Source: Candidatus Omnitrophota bacterium
Lineage (GTDB): Bacteria > Omnitrophota > Gorgyraeia > Duberdicusellales > 4484-171
Assembly: GCA_021735045.1 (NCBI GenBank)
Contig: JAIPHU010000003.1
Coordinates: 42,476 to 74,475, forward strand
DNA: 32,000 nucleotides
Direction of reading: 5' to 3'
Shown here: positions 25,101-32,000 of the stretch, piece after piece
Layout of the letters: each line of letters begins with the position of its first letter
Position numbering within the stretch: the first letter of the stretch is position 1
Notes under the pieces: generated by a model
Told to the model about the DNA's origin: nothing
Database searches by the model: none
The model's input: only the letters and a program-made list of their open reading frames with translations
Made by a program: the position numbers and the translations under genes

Positions 25101-25550
25101 ATGGGTAATTTTTGGGAAGAGATTTTTGCCAACCAAGTTTTATGGATAACTTTATTAAGTTGGGCTATTGCCCAAGGAATAAAAATTATAATCGGGTTAG
25201 CTCAAGGGAAGAAGTTTAACTTTTATTGGATTTTAAGGACCGGCGGCTTGCCTTCTGCACATAGTGCCGCAGTTGTAGCTTTGGCTACAGCCTTGGGGCA
25301 AGAAGTAGGTTTTCAAACACCATTTTTTGCTCTTTCGGCTATCTTTGCTTTAATTACAATGTTCGATGCTCAAACTTGGCGTCGTTCAATCGGCGTTCAA
25401 GCCAGAATATTAAATAAGATTATGGAAGATTTTCATGAAGGGAAAAAACTAAAAGAAAAAAGGATGAAAGAGCTAGTCGGCCATACTCCAGTAGAAATTT
25501 TTGCAGGAGGTTTAATCGGTGTTGTTACGGCCGTAGTTTTTTATGTATGA
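25101..25550 (+). CDS. divergent PAP2 / DUF212 (YuiD-like) membrane protein
   Basis: 149-aa ORF: ...GGLPSAHSAAVVALATALG...MFDAQTWRRSIG...GHTPVEIFAGGLIG. Confidence 0.75.
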   Translation: MGNFWEEIFANQVLWITLLSWAIAQGIKIIIGLAQGKKFNFYWILRTGGLPSAHSAAVVALATALGQEVGFQTPFFALSAIFALITMFDAQTWRRSIGVQARILNKIMEDFHEGKKLKEKRMKELVGHTPVEIFAGGLIGVVTAVVFYV

Positions 25551-25562
25551 TAAGGAGAAAAT

Positions 25563-26363
25563 ATGAATAAAAAAATTATTTTTGCTATAGTTGGATTGGT
25601 TATTTTAGGAGGAGGTTTTGGTTTAATTTTTAGTTCTGGAACTAAAGAACAACCAAAGGAAGAAAGCTCTGTATCTTTTAAAAAAATAGATAAGATGTTA
25701 GAAAAAAATAAATATAACCAAGCTAAAAAAACCTTAGAAGAGAAAAAGAATAGTATGGCTGACCCTTCAGTTATTAAAAAAATCCAAGATAAAATTCAAG
25801 ATATTAATATACAACTATTATTCTCGCCTAATAAAGAAACTAAATGTAGCACAATTTATACGGTAAAACGTGGAGATGCTTTGGCAAAAATTGCAAAAAA
25901 ATTTAATACCACCGTTGACCTAATTAAAAAATCAAATAATTTGGACTCAGATAAAATTATCCCCGGACAAGAGTTAAAAGTTAATACATGTAAATTTTCT
26001 ATAGTGGTGGATAAATCTCAGAATTTACTTTTATTAAAAAGAGATGGAAAAATATTTAAAACTTATCTTGTTGCGACTGGAAAAAATGGAAGAACTCCGG
26101 AAGGAGATTTTAAAATAATAAACAAATTAGTTAAACCAACTTGGTATAAAACAGGAGCAGTAGTCTTGCCTGATAATCCAGATAATATATTAGGGTCTCG
26201 TTGGATGGGAATTGATAAGCAAGGTTATGGTATTCATGGTACCACCAAGCCAGAAAGTTTGGGGCAACAGGTGACTTTAGGATGTATTCGGATGTCTAAT
26301 AAGGAAGTAGAAGAAATTTATGATATTGTTCCGGTAGGCACCGAAGTGGTCATAGTCGAATAA
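25563..26363 (+). CDS. LysM domain-containing L,D-transpeptidase (YkuD fold)
   Basis: 266-aa ORF with LysM YTVKRGDALAKIAKKFNTTVDLIKKSNNL and catalytic YGIHGT...LGCIRMSNKEVEEIY. Confidence 0.85.
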   Translation: MNKKIIFAIVGLVILGGGFGLIFSSGTKEQPKEESSVSFKKIDKMLEKNKYNQAKKTLEEKKNSMADPSVIKKIQDKIQDINIQLLFSPNKETKCSTIYTVKRGDALAKIAKKFNTTVDLIKKSNNLDSDKIIPGQELKVNTCKFSIVVDKSQNLLLLKRDGKIFKTYLVATGKNGRTPEGDFKIINKLVKPTWYKTGAVVLPDNPDNILGSRWMGIDKQGYGIHGTTKPESLGQQVTLGCIRMSNKEVEEIYDIVPVGTEVVIVE

Positions 26364-26372
26364 ATTTGATAT

Positions 26373-26459
26373 ATCAACGAATTTACTAATCTCTACGAAT
26401 ATACGAACATTTGTTTTTTCTTATTTGTAAATTCGTAATTGATTCGTATATTCGTTGAT
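26373..26459 (+). repeat. 87-bp repeat element, copy B (promoter-like cassette upstream of accA)
   Basis: Inverted copy of 501-584. -35 TTGTAA (26425-26430), 16 nt, -10 TATATT (26447-26452). Three ACGAA(T/C) hexamers lie upstream and three ATTCGT hexamers overlap the core promoter. Confidence 0.8.
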
Positions 26460-26487
26460 CATAAGCAAAGCTAACCAGGAGAGCACG

Positions 26488-27438
26488 ATGCAGGGTTGGG
26501 ATTTTGAAAAACCAATAATTGAACTGGAACAGAAAATAGGAGAGTTAAGGAGTTTTTCTACAGATGAAAAAGTAGAAATGTCTTCGGAAATTAAAAACTT
26601 AGAAAATAAGTTAAAAAGTTTAAAAAAAGAAATTTACTCAAACCTTACTCCTTGGCAGAAAGTGCAAATCTCTCGCCATCCCAAACGTCCTACTACCTTA
26701 GATTATTTAAAAAGTATAGCTGAGGACTATGTTCTTTTGTCCGGTGATAGAGGTTTTGGTGAAGATCAGGCTTTAGTTTGTGGTTTTGCCACTATAGAAG
26801 GAAAAAAAATTGCTTTTGCTGGACATCAAAAGGGTAAAGACACTCATGAAAATATAAGACGCAATTTTGGTTGTGCCCATCCAGAAGGTTATCGAAAAGC
26901 GATGCGAATTATGAATCTAGCCGAACGCTTTGGGCTACCCATTGTTTGTTTTATTGATACACCAGGGGCATATCCAGGGATTGGAGCTGAAGAAAGAGGA
27001 CAGGCCCAGGCTATAGCAGAAAATATCAGAGATATGTTTAACATAAAAACGCCAATTGTAGTTACAGTAATTGGTGAAGGAGGAAGTGGCGGGGCCTTAG
27101 GGATAGGCGTTGGAGACAGAGTTCTGATTAGCCAATATGGATATTATTCGGTGATATCTCCTGAAGGTTGTGCTGCTATTCTTTGGAAAGATGCAGCTAA
27201 GCGGGAAGAAGCAGCTAAAGTATTAAAACTAACAGCTCCTGAACTTATGAAATTAGAAATTGTTGATCAAGTTATTCCGGAATCAGAAGGAGGGGCCCAT
27301 TGGGATCTAAACAAATCAGCGCAAAATCTTAAAAAGGCCTTATTAGAAAACCTTTTACAGCTAGAAGGATCAAGTCTTGACCAACTGCTAGAGAAAAGAT
27401 ACCAACGTTTTAGAAAGATTGGGAAATTCATCGAATAA
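26488..27438 (+). CDS. accA: acetyl-CoA carboxylase carboxyltransferase subunit alpha
   Basis: ...RHPKRPTTLDY...FIDTPGAYPGIGAEERGQ...GEGGSGGALG. I prefer the ATG at 26488 (GGAGAG SD 5 nt upstream) over the track's TTG at 26455, which lies inside the repeat element. Confidence 0.9.
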   Translation: MQGWDFEKPIIELEQKIGELRSFSTDEKVEMSSEIKNLENKLKSLKKEIYSNLTPWQKVQISRHPKRPTTLDYLKSIAEDYVLLSGDRGFGEDQALVCGFATIEGKKIAFAGHQKGKDTHENIRRNFGCAHPEGYRKAMRIMNLAERFGLPIVCFIDTPGAYPGIGAEERGQAQAIAENIRDMFNIKTPIVVTVIGEGGSGGALGIGVGDRVLISQYGYYSVISPEGCAAILWKDAAKREEAAKVLKLTAPELMKLEIVDQVIPESEGGAHWDLNKSAQNLKKALLENLLQLEGSSLDQLLEKRYQRFRKIGKFIE

Positions 27439-27450
27439 ATAACCAGCCAG

Positions 27451-27972
27451 ATGCAGACACAAAAAATAATAATATTAGGATTACTAAAGAAAGCACCTTG
27501 TCATGGCTATGAAATCAAAAAAATAGCAAAAGAAAAGCTGGGTGTCTTTAGTTCTCTTGAAAATAAATCATTTTATTATCCTCTTAAAATTATGGAGGAG
27601 AAAGGGCTGATAGTCAAAAGAGAAGATAAAGGCCAAGAGGGCCCAGCTCGTTATATTTATTCAATAACTCAAAAAGGGAGAAAGGAGTTTTCCAGGCTAG
27701 CCCTAGATACGCTTATCTCCCAAAAACGCCCTTTTATAGATATAGACATTCCTTTATATTTTTTGCCTCTTTTAGAAAAAAAAGAAGTTTTATCTAGATT
27801 AAGATTGCGCAAAAGGTTTTTAGAAAAAGTAAAAGGATGGCTTGCAGATAATCTAGAGCTTTCCCAAGAGTTCCCTCCCCACCAAAGGATGCTTCTTAGG
27901 CATCATTTGAATCTTTTAAATGCTGAAGAAAGTTTTGCTGATGATATGATCAAAATAGTAAAAAGCTATTAG
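27451..27972 (+). CDS. PadR-family transcriptional regulator
   Basis: 173-aa ORF: ILGLLKKAPCHGYEIKKIAKE......YYPLKIMEEKGLI, a winged-helix PadR pattern. Confidence 0.8.
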   Translation: MQTQKIIILGLLKKAPCHGYEIKKIAKEKLGVFSSLENKSFYYPLKIMEEKGLIVKREDKGQEGPARYIYSITQKGRKEFSRLALDTLISQKRPFIDIDIPLYFLPLLEKKEVLSRLRLRKRFLEKVKGWLADNLELSQEFPPHQRMLLRHHLNLLNAEESFADDMIKIVKSY

Positions 27973-28118
27973 GGGACGTTTCTCTCATTTATAATCCTTT
28001 GCCGGCCAATGGGTTATAAACTGGCATTTTCCGTTTATTTTTGGAAAACGCTGCTTTATAACTGTCTTATTTGCAATAACTTATAACAGAGGGAAACGTC
28101 TCCTTTTGAGCAGGAGAC
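27972..28118 (+). ncRNA. unassigned structured element: 15-bp closing helix around a 102-nt folded interior, plus a competing downstream hairpin
   Basis: GGGGACGTTTCTCTC (27972-27986) pairs with GAGGGAAACGTCTCC (28089-28103), including two G:U pairs that are valid only for a plus-strand RNA. Inner helices 27989-27994/28081-28086 and 28013-28020/28055-28062, with TTTTCC/GGAAAA inside. GTCTCC (28098-28103) can alternatively pair with GGAGAC (28113-28118). Confidence 0.4.
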
Positions 28119-28125
28119 AACGCGA

Positions 28126-28154
28126 TTGCAACTTATCTTTAAAGGTGGTATATT
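28126..28154 (+). promoter_or_regulatory. sigma70-like promoter of the pseudopilin operon
   Basis: TTGCAA (28126-28131), 17 nt, TATATT (28149-28154). SD AGAAGGA at 28161-28167. Confidence 0.5.
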
Positions 28155-28179
28155 TTAAGTAGAAGGATTGAATTTATCT

Positions 28180-28545
28180 ATGAAAAATAAAAAAACTAAA
28201 GCCTTTACTTTAATTGAGTTGATGGTAGCTATTTCAATATTAGCTCTTTTGGCTACTGGTTTATTGACAGCTTATACTGCGTGTGTTTTTTTAAATCTAT
28301 CAAATCTAAATTTAGCCAAAGCAGCAAATAATGCTCAGTTTGTGTTAGAAGAGTTAGCTTCTAGTTCTTATAGCAGCATTACAACTCAGACTTACCCTAG
28401 TTTTGGTAATCTAAAAGATGAAGCTATAGCAGTTGATGTTACAGAAATAGCCAACAAAAAAGAAGTTTTAGTTGAGGTAGGTTGGACAGAAAGGAATAGG
28501 GATCATAACTTTAAACTTTTTACCGTTTTTCATGAAGATGAATAA
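28180..28545 (+). CDS. type IV pilin-like protein (prepilin-type N-terminal cleavage/methylation domain)
   Basis: MKNKKTKA/FTLIELMVAISILALL with Glu5. I prefer the ATG at 28180 over the track's TTG at 28168. Confidence 0.8.
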   Translation: MKNKKTKAFTLIELMVAISILALLATGLLTAYTACVFLNLSNLNLAKAANNAQFVLEELASSSYSSITTQTYPSFGNLKDEAIAVDVTEIANKKEVLVEVGWTERNRDHNFKLFTVFHEDE

Positions 28546-29164
28546 AAAAAAATCTTTTACTTTAGTTGAAATTATGGTTTCGTTTTCGATATTAATTGTT
28601 GCTTTAACTGGGATATTTTTAGTTCTTGATTTTGGAGAGTCATCCTCTCCTCTAGATTTAGCTCGAGTTGATGTAACTACTAAAGCTAGAATAATTATCA
28701 ACAGAATAGCCAACGACCTAAGAGGTGCATATCTTCAGGATATTAAAGACAATGCGCCTTCATGCTCTCATATCAAATTCCGTAAGGTTCAAGGAGTAAA
28801 GACAGATACAGCAGGTCATTACTATAATCTTTCGCGGAATTTAAATTTAGGAGGGGTTGAATACAGTGATTGTAGTGACTATCTTGAGTACTCTTATGAC
28901 TCAGATGCGGATAAACTCACTCGCCTGAGTCAAGTCATTAACAATGAAAACGGAGATATACTCTCAGAATCAACAGTTGAATATAAAAATATTAGCGAAG
29001 GGGTTTTCTACGTTTTAAATTCAGGAGGTAGCCAAGTTTGCCTTAATGAAGCAGATTTAGATAATTTCATTATTGTTGCTATTGGAGTAGAAGAACAAGG
29101 CGCTGCTACCAATCTGGTAAGTTCTTCTTTAACACAAAGGGTAAAAATAAGAAATGACTACTAA
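28532..29164 (+). CDS. type IV pilin-like protein 2 (prepilin-type N-terminus)
   Basis: MKMNKKKS/FTLVEIMVSFSILIVAL with Glu5. Overlaps the previous gene by 14 nt. Confidence 0.8.
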   Translation: MKMNKKKSFTLVEIMVSFSILIVALTGIFLVLDFGESSSPLDLARVDVTTKARIIINRIANDLRGAYLQDIKDNAPSCSHIKFRKVQGVKTDTAGHYYNLSRNLNLGGVEYSDCSDYLEYSYDSDADKLTRLSQVINNENGDILSESTVEYKNISEGVFYVLNSGGSQVCLNEADLDNFIIVAIGVEEQGAATNLVSSSLTQRVKIRNDY

Positions 29165-30059
29165 AAAAACTATTGCTTTAGCGATTGCTTTATGGGCTGT
29201 TGCGGTTTTAGCAATCATTATTGCTTCACTTTTTATGAAAGTTACAAATGAAAGAAATCTAGTCAAAAGACATATAAATACCATAAAGTCTTTTTGGCTT
29301 GCAGAAGCAGCGGTATCGGAAAGTTTTGCTAATTTTCCTAATTCAGTATCACCAACCACTATTGGTCAAGAACAGGGCTGTCCTCCTGAAGCAACATGTT
29401 CTTATCAGGCGACAGTTGATTTGATTCCAAGCTCTGATCCTGACCACAAATATTATACAATAAATGCAAATGGTCAAGTTACTTTACCGGGAGGCCTTCC
29501 TTTAGAAAGTGATTTATTGATAACTGTACAAACTGAATCTCCGGATGCTTCTAATTTTCAGCACGCGATTGAAAGCAACGGTGATATTACCACAAAAGGA
29601 AGCGTTGATATTGACGGTAGCGAAAATCCATATGCAGAACTGAACTTTTCAAGTTTTTTTACTGCGACTCAAGAGCAAATAAAAGAATCTGCTGATCATC
29701 TTTATGATGAAAATAATTTTTCCGAACCAGTAGATGGGATAACTTGGGTTGAAGTATCTTCAGGAGGAGAATTAAAAACTGCCGGAAATTTACAAGGAAC
29801 AGGCATTTTGATTGTTAATGGGGATTGTCATATGTCAGGAACTGAAAACTTTGAAGGCATTATTTATGTCATTGGAGGTCTTACTATAACTGGTACAGTT
29901 GATATAAATGGGTCAGTTTTATCTGGAAGCGAAACGAATATAGATACAGAGCTAAAAGGAAATCCTACCGTAAGTTATGATCAAACTGCTATAGAAGAAG
30001 CGTTGAGTAGTTTAGGCTATTCATCTAAAGCGGTGGTTGCTTGGCAGCAAATGCTTTAA
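29154..30059 (+). CDS. PilX-N-like pilus assembly / minor pilin-associated protein
   Basis: 301-aa ORF with an N-terminal TM helix (IALAIALWAVAVLAIIIASLF) but no FTLxE motif. The C-terminal Gly-rich beta-repeat region (GTGILIVNGD...GIIYVIGGLTITGTVDINGSVL) is typical of PilX-like proteins in pilin operons. Confidence 0.55.
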   Translation: MTTKKTIALAIALWAVAVLAIIIASLFMKVTNERNLVKRHINTIKSFWLAEAAVSESFANFPNSVSPTTIGQEQGCPPEATCSYQATVDLIPSSDPDHKYYTINANGQVTLPGGLPLESDLLITVQTESPDASNFQHAIESNGDITTKGSVDIDGSENPYAELNFSSFFTATQEQIKESADHLYDENNFSEPVDGITWVEVSSGGELKTAGNLQGTGILIVNGDCHMSGTENFEGIIYVIGGLTITGTVDINGSVLSGSETNIDTELKGNPTVSYDQTAIEEALSSLGYSSKAVVAWQQML

Positions 30060-30096
30060 GTATTTCACCAAATTTATAACTCATAACTATAGTTTA

Positions 30097-30125
30097 TTGA
30101 CACAGATTAAAAATAGTGGTAATCT
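30097..30125 (+). promoter_or_regulatory. sigma70-like promoter only 8 nt upstream of the ATG at 30134 (possible leaderless mRNA)
   Basis: TTGACA (30097-30102), 17 nt, TAATCT (30120-30125). No SD before the ATG. Confidence 0.35.
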
Positions 30126-30133
30126 TATAAGCA

Positions 30134-31441
30134 ATGAAGATTAATTTTTCTGCAACTCACCTTAGCTTGAGGCGGAGAATTTGGATCGCTGTATCTTTAG
30201 TTTCAATAATTCCTGCCGTTGTAATCCTTAATTATTTTTTTGGCTATTATGTTTCTTCAATTGCCACTTTAATCTTAATTTTTATTATAATCTTAGGTTG
30301 GTGGGTTATTATAGAAATTTCTAGATCCATTCATAAAATTCATAATCAGTCTCGGAGAACCTTAAGAACTATCGGTGAAGATGCTCCCACTATGCCCGAT
30401 GAAGTACAAAGCTTAGAAGAGATTATTAATCTTTTATCTAGTAAAGTAAAGACTGGTTTTGAAGAACTAAGAGAGTTTGGTCATAAAACAGAACAGTTAA
30501 ACCGAGAAGTATCAAAAAAAGTCCTTATTTTATCTACAATACTACAAGCAAACGATCTTTATTCTAAAGATACTCCCGCCGAGGAAGTTGTTCAATTTCT
30601 TACCTACCATCTTAAAAATTTATTGGTGATGAGGATTGCTTTCTGTCTTTTATATTCCCATTATTCAGATAATTTAAGGGTGGTTTCAGCTTTAGGAATA
30701 GATTATAAAAAGATAGAAGACGCTCTAACTGAAAGGGAAAATACTATTGAAAATATAAAAAAGATGGTAATTGTGGATAAACAAAATAGAGCGCCACTTC
30801 ATCTTAAATGGGCCCAAGATTTAGATATTAAAAATCTTATGCTTTTTCCGGTTGTCTCCAAAGGGATAACTATTGGGCTGGTAGGAATAGGAAATAATCG
30901 AGAAGATTTTGCTTTTCAAAAAGATGACACAGATGTATTAAACCTTTTTTCTCAGAATGTTACTCTCATTTGGGAATATGAAAGAGTGTCTTCTAAAGTA
31001 GAAGAACTTGAAATGTTTGATGATTTAACCGGCCTTTATAATATAAAAATGGTTAAAAAAAGACTTAATGAGGAGATAAGAAGAGGAGTAGTTTATCAAA
31101 GGCCTTGTGGTTTAGTAGCAGTAAAAATTAAAAATTATGAAGATTTTCAAAAAGAGTTTGGCACTATTGAGGCTGAAAAAGCAATAAAAAAAGTTGCTAA
31201 AACTATTAAATCAACTATAAGGCCAATTGATGCTGGAGGTAGGATCTCCTCTGATGCATTAGCAGTTATCTTAATTGAAAAAAACAGACGACAATCACAA
31301 CAAGTTTCTGATCTCCTAAAAGAAAATTTAGAAAAAAATTGTAGTGATAAGGTAAAATTAGATTTTTGTGTTGCGGAAAGCCCAATAAATGGTGTAACTG
31401 CTGAAGAGATCCTATCATTTGTCCACTCTAAGTTCAAATAA
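30134..31441 (+). CDS. membrane protein with GAF-like region and a degenerate (probably inactive) GGDEF domain
   Basis: Two N-terminal TM helices. The C-terminal domain aligns to GGDEF (DDLTGLYN..., ...AGGRISSDALAV), but GGDEF is SSDAL, the DxD metal site is KIK, and NDxxGH is QKEFGT. Confidence 0.7.
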   Translation: MKINFSATHLSLRRRIWIAVSLVSIIPAVVILNYFFGYYVSSIATLILIFIIILGWWVIIEISRSIHKIHNQSRRTLRTIGEDAPTMPDEVQSLEEIINLLSSKVKTGFEELREFGHKTEQLNREVSKKVLILSTILQANDLYSKDTPAEEVVQFLTYHLKNLLVMRIAFCLLYSHYSDNLRVVSALGIDYKKIEDALTERENTIENIKKMVIVDKQNRAPLHLKWAQDLDIKNLMLFPVVSKGITIGLVGIGNNREDFAFQKDDTDVLNLFSQNVTLIWEYERVSSKVEELEMFDDLTGLYNIKMVKKRLNEEIRRGVVYQRPCGLVAVKIKNYEDFQKEFGTIEAEKAIKKVAKTIKSTIRPIDAGGRISSDALAVILIEKNRRQSQQVSDLLKENLEKNCSDKVKLDFCVAESPINGVTAEEILSFVHSKFK

Positions 31442-31445
31442 GCCC

Positions 31446-31901
31446 ATGAAGCCAAAAAAAAATAAACAGAAGCCTTTAGGCCAGATTTTAGTAGAACGAG
31501 GAATAATTACAAGTTCTCAACTTGAAAGATCTCTTATCTTGCAGCAACAGCAAGGTGGATTAATTGGCGAAATAATTGTAGATGCAGGATTTGCTAAAGA
31601 AGAAGATATTGCTCATTGCCTTTCTTTACAATTCGGTTATCCTTACTTGCCTTTAGAAAACTATGAAGTATCAAGAGAAGTTTCAAAATTGATCTCTAAG
31701 CATGTATGTAGCCATTATTGCCTTATTCCTATTGATAAAGTAGAAAATTCTTTAACCATTGCTATGGCTAATCCCCTAAACTCTCAGGCTATAGAAGATC
31801 TAGAAGATGCAACTGGCTGTGATATTCAAGTTTTTGTTTCCACGCCTTCTGATATTAGGCAAGGAATAAAAAAACTTTCAGAAAATAAAGAAGGTAGTTG
31901 A
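31446..31901 (+). CDS. stand-alone T2SSE_N / MshEN-type domain protein
   Basis: PLGQILVERGIITSSQLERSLILQ, a 5-aa spacer, then LIGEIIVDAGFAKEEDIAHCLSLQ fit the tandem 24-residue MshEN pattern. The rest matches the GspE/PilB N-terminal domain. ATG at 31446 preferred over TTG at 31419; start uncertain (no clear SD). Confidence 0.7.
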   Translation: MKPKKNKQKPLGQILVERGIITSSQLERSLILQQQQGGLIGEIIVDAGFAKEEDIAHCLSLQFGYPYLPLENYEVSREVSKLISKHVCSHYCLIPIDKVENSLTIAMANPLNSQAIEDLEDATGCDIQVFVSTPSDIRQGIKKLSENKEGS

Positions 31902-31935
31902 GTAAAAGGAATATATTATTTTTAACTAATAGAAT

Positions 31936-32000
31936 ATGGCAAAAACAAAAATTACAGACTATTTGGTTAAGAAGGGTTATTTAACTAAAAAAAATTTAGA
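31936..32000 (+). CDS. 5' end of a further gene, possibly a PilB/GspE-type ATPase beginning with another MshEN-like motif
   Basis: ATG at 31936. My translation MAKTKITDYLVKKGYLTKKNL resembles the start of the LGxxLVxxGxIxxxxL motif. Only 21 codons are visible. Confidence 0.35.
   Translation, partial: MAKTKITDYLVKKGYLTKKNL

Noticed and set aside
27972-28118. c-di-GMP-I (GEMM-I) riboswitch upstream of the pilin genes
   Set aside because: The GEMM-I signatures as I recall them (GGCAAAC and GACGCAAAGCC) are absent, and the best promoter lies downstream of the structure.
19936-31455. Minus-strand ORFs 19936-20322, 21356-21592, 21799-22014, 22524-22820, 22624-22902, 24100-24345, 24421-24618, 24763-24996, 28468-28713, 29129-29359 and 31147-31455
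   Set aside because: They are antisense to parB, yicC, gmk, rpoZ/tRNA-Cys, the BY-kinase-like gene, tRNA-Met, the coiled-coil gene, the pilin genes and the GGDEF-like gene. They are typical AT-rich shadow ORFs rich in F/L/I/S.

Overview
AT-rich bacterial chromosome segment centred on the replication-origin gene neighbourhood. Every gene left of about 16.34 kb is on the minus strand: mutM (partial), a YjbQ-like gene, a dUTPase-like gene, LOG/TIGR00725, tRNA-Arg, pyrC-pyrB-pyrR, rsmI, glmS, tRNA-Glu and gyrA-gyrB-DUF721-dnaN-dnaA. Every gene right of it is on the plus strand: rpmH-yidD-yidC, a parS cluster, parA-parB, ndk-yicC-gmk-rpoZ, five tRNAs with an embedded degenerate BY-kinase-like gene, a PAP2-like gene, a LysM-L,D-transpeptidase, accA and padR. 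The window ends in a type IV pilus-like block: two pseudopilins, a PilX-like protein, a GAF/degenerate-GGDEF protein, a stand-alone MshEN-type protein and the start of one more gene. The coding content is mostly housekeeping; the unusual signals are non-coding. (1) Three loci (mutM, rpmH, tRNA-Leu) each carry a 96-113 bp insert flanked by a perfect 22-52 bp direct duplication of the 5' end of the downstream gene. The three inserts share one fold, with closing helices that differ in sequence but not in geometry. (2) An 84-87 bp promoter-like cassette with six ACGAAT hexamers occurs twice in inverted orientation, upstream of mutM and of accA. (3) A helix-closed element spanning 132 nt, with G:U pairs and a competing hairpin, sits upstream of the pilin promoter. 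(4) A GC-rich unassigned segment and a tRNA-like fragment flank tRNA-Arg. No CRISPR array, transposase or integrase was seen. All calls come from reading the sequence and from recognising protein families in the supplied translations; no database search was run.
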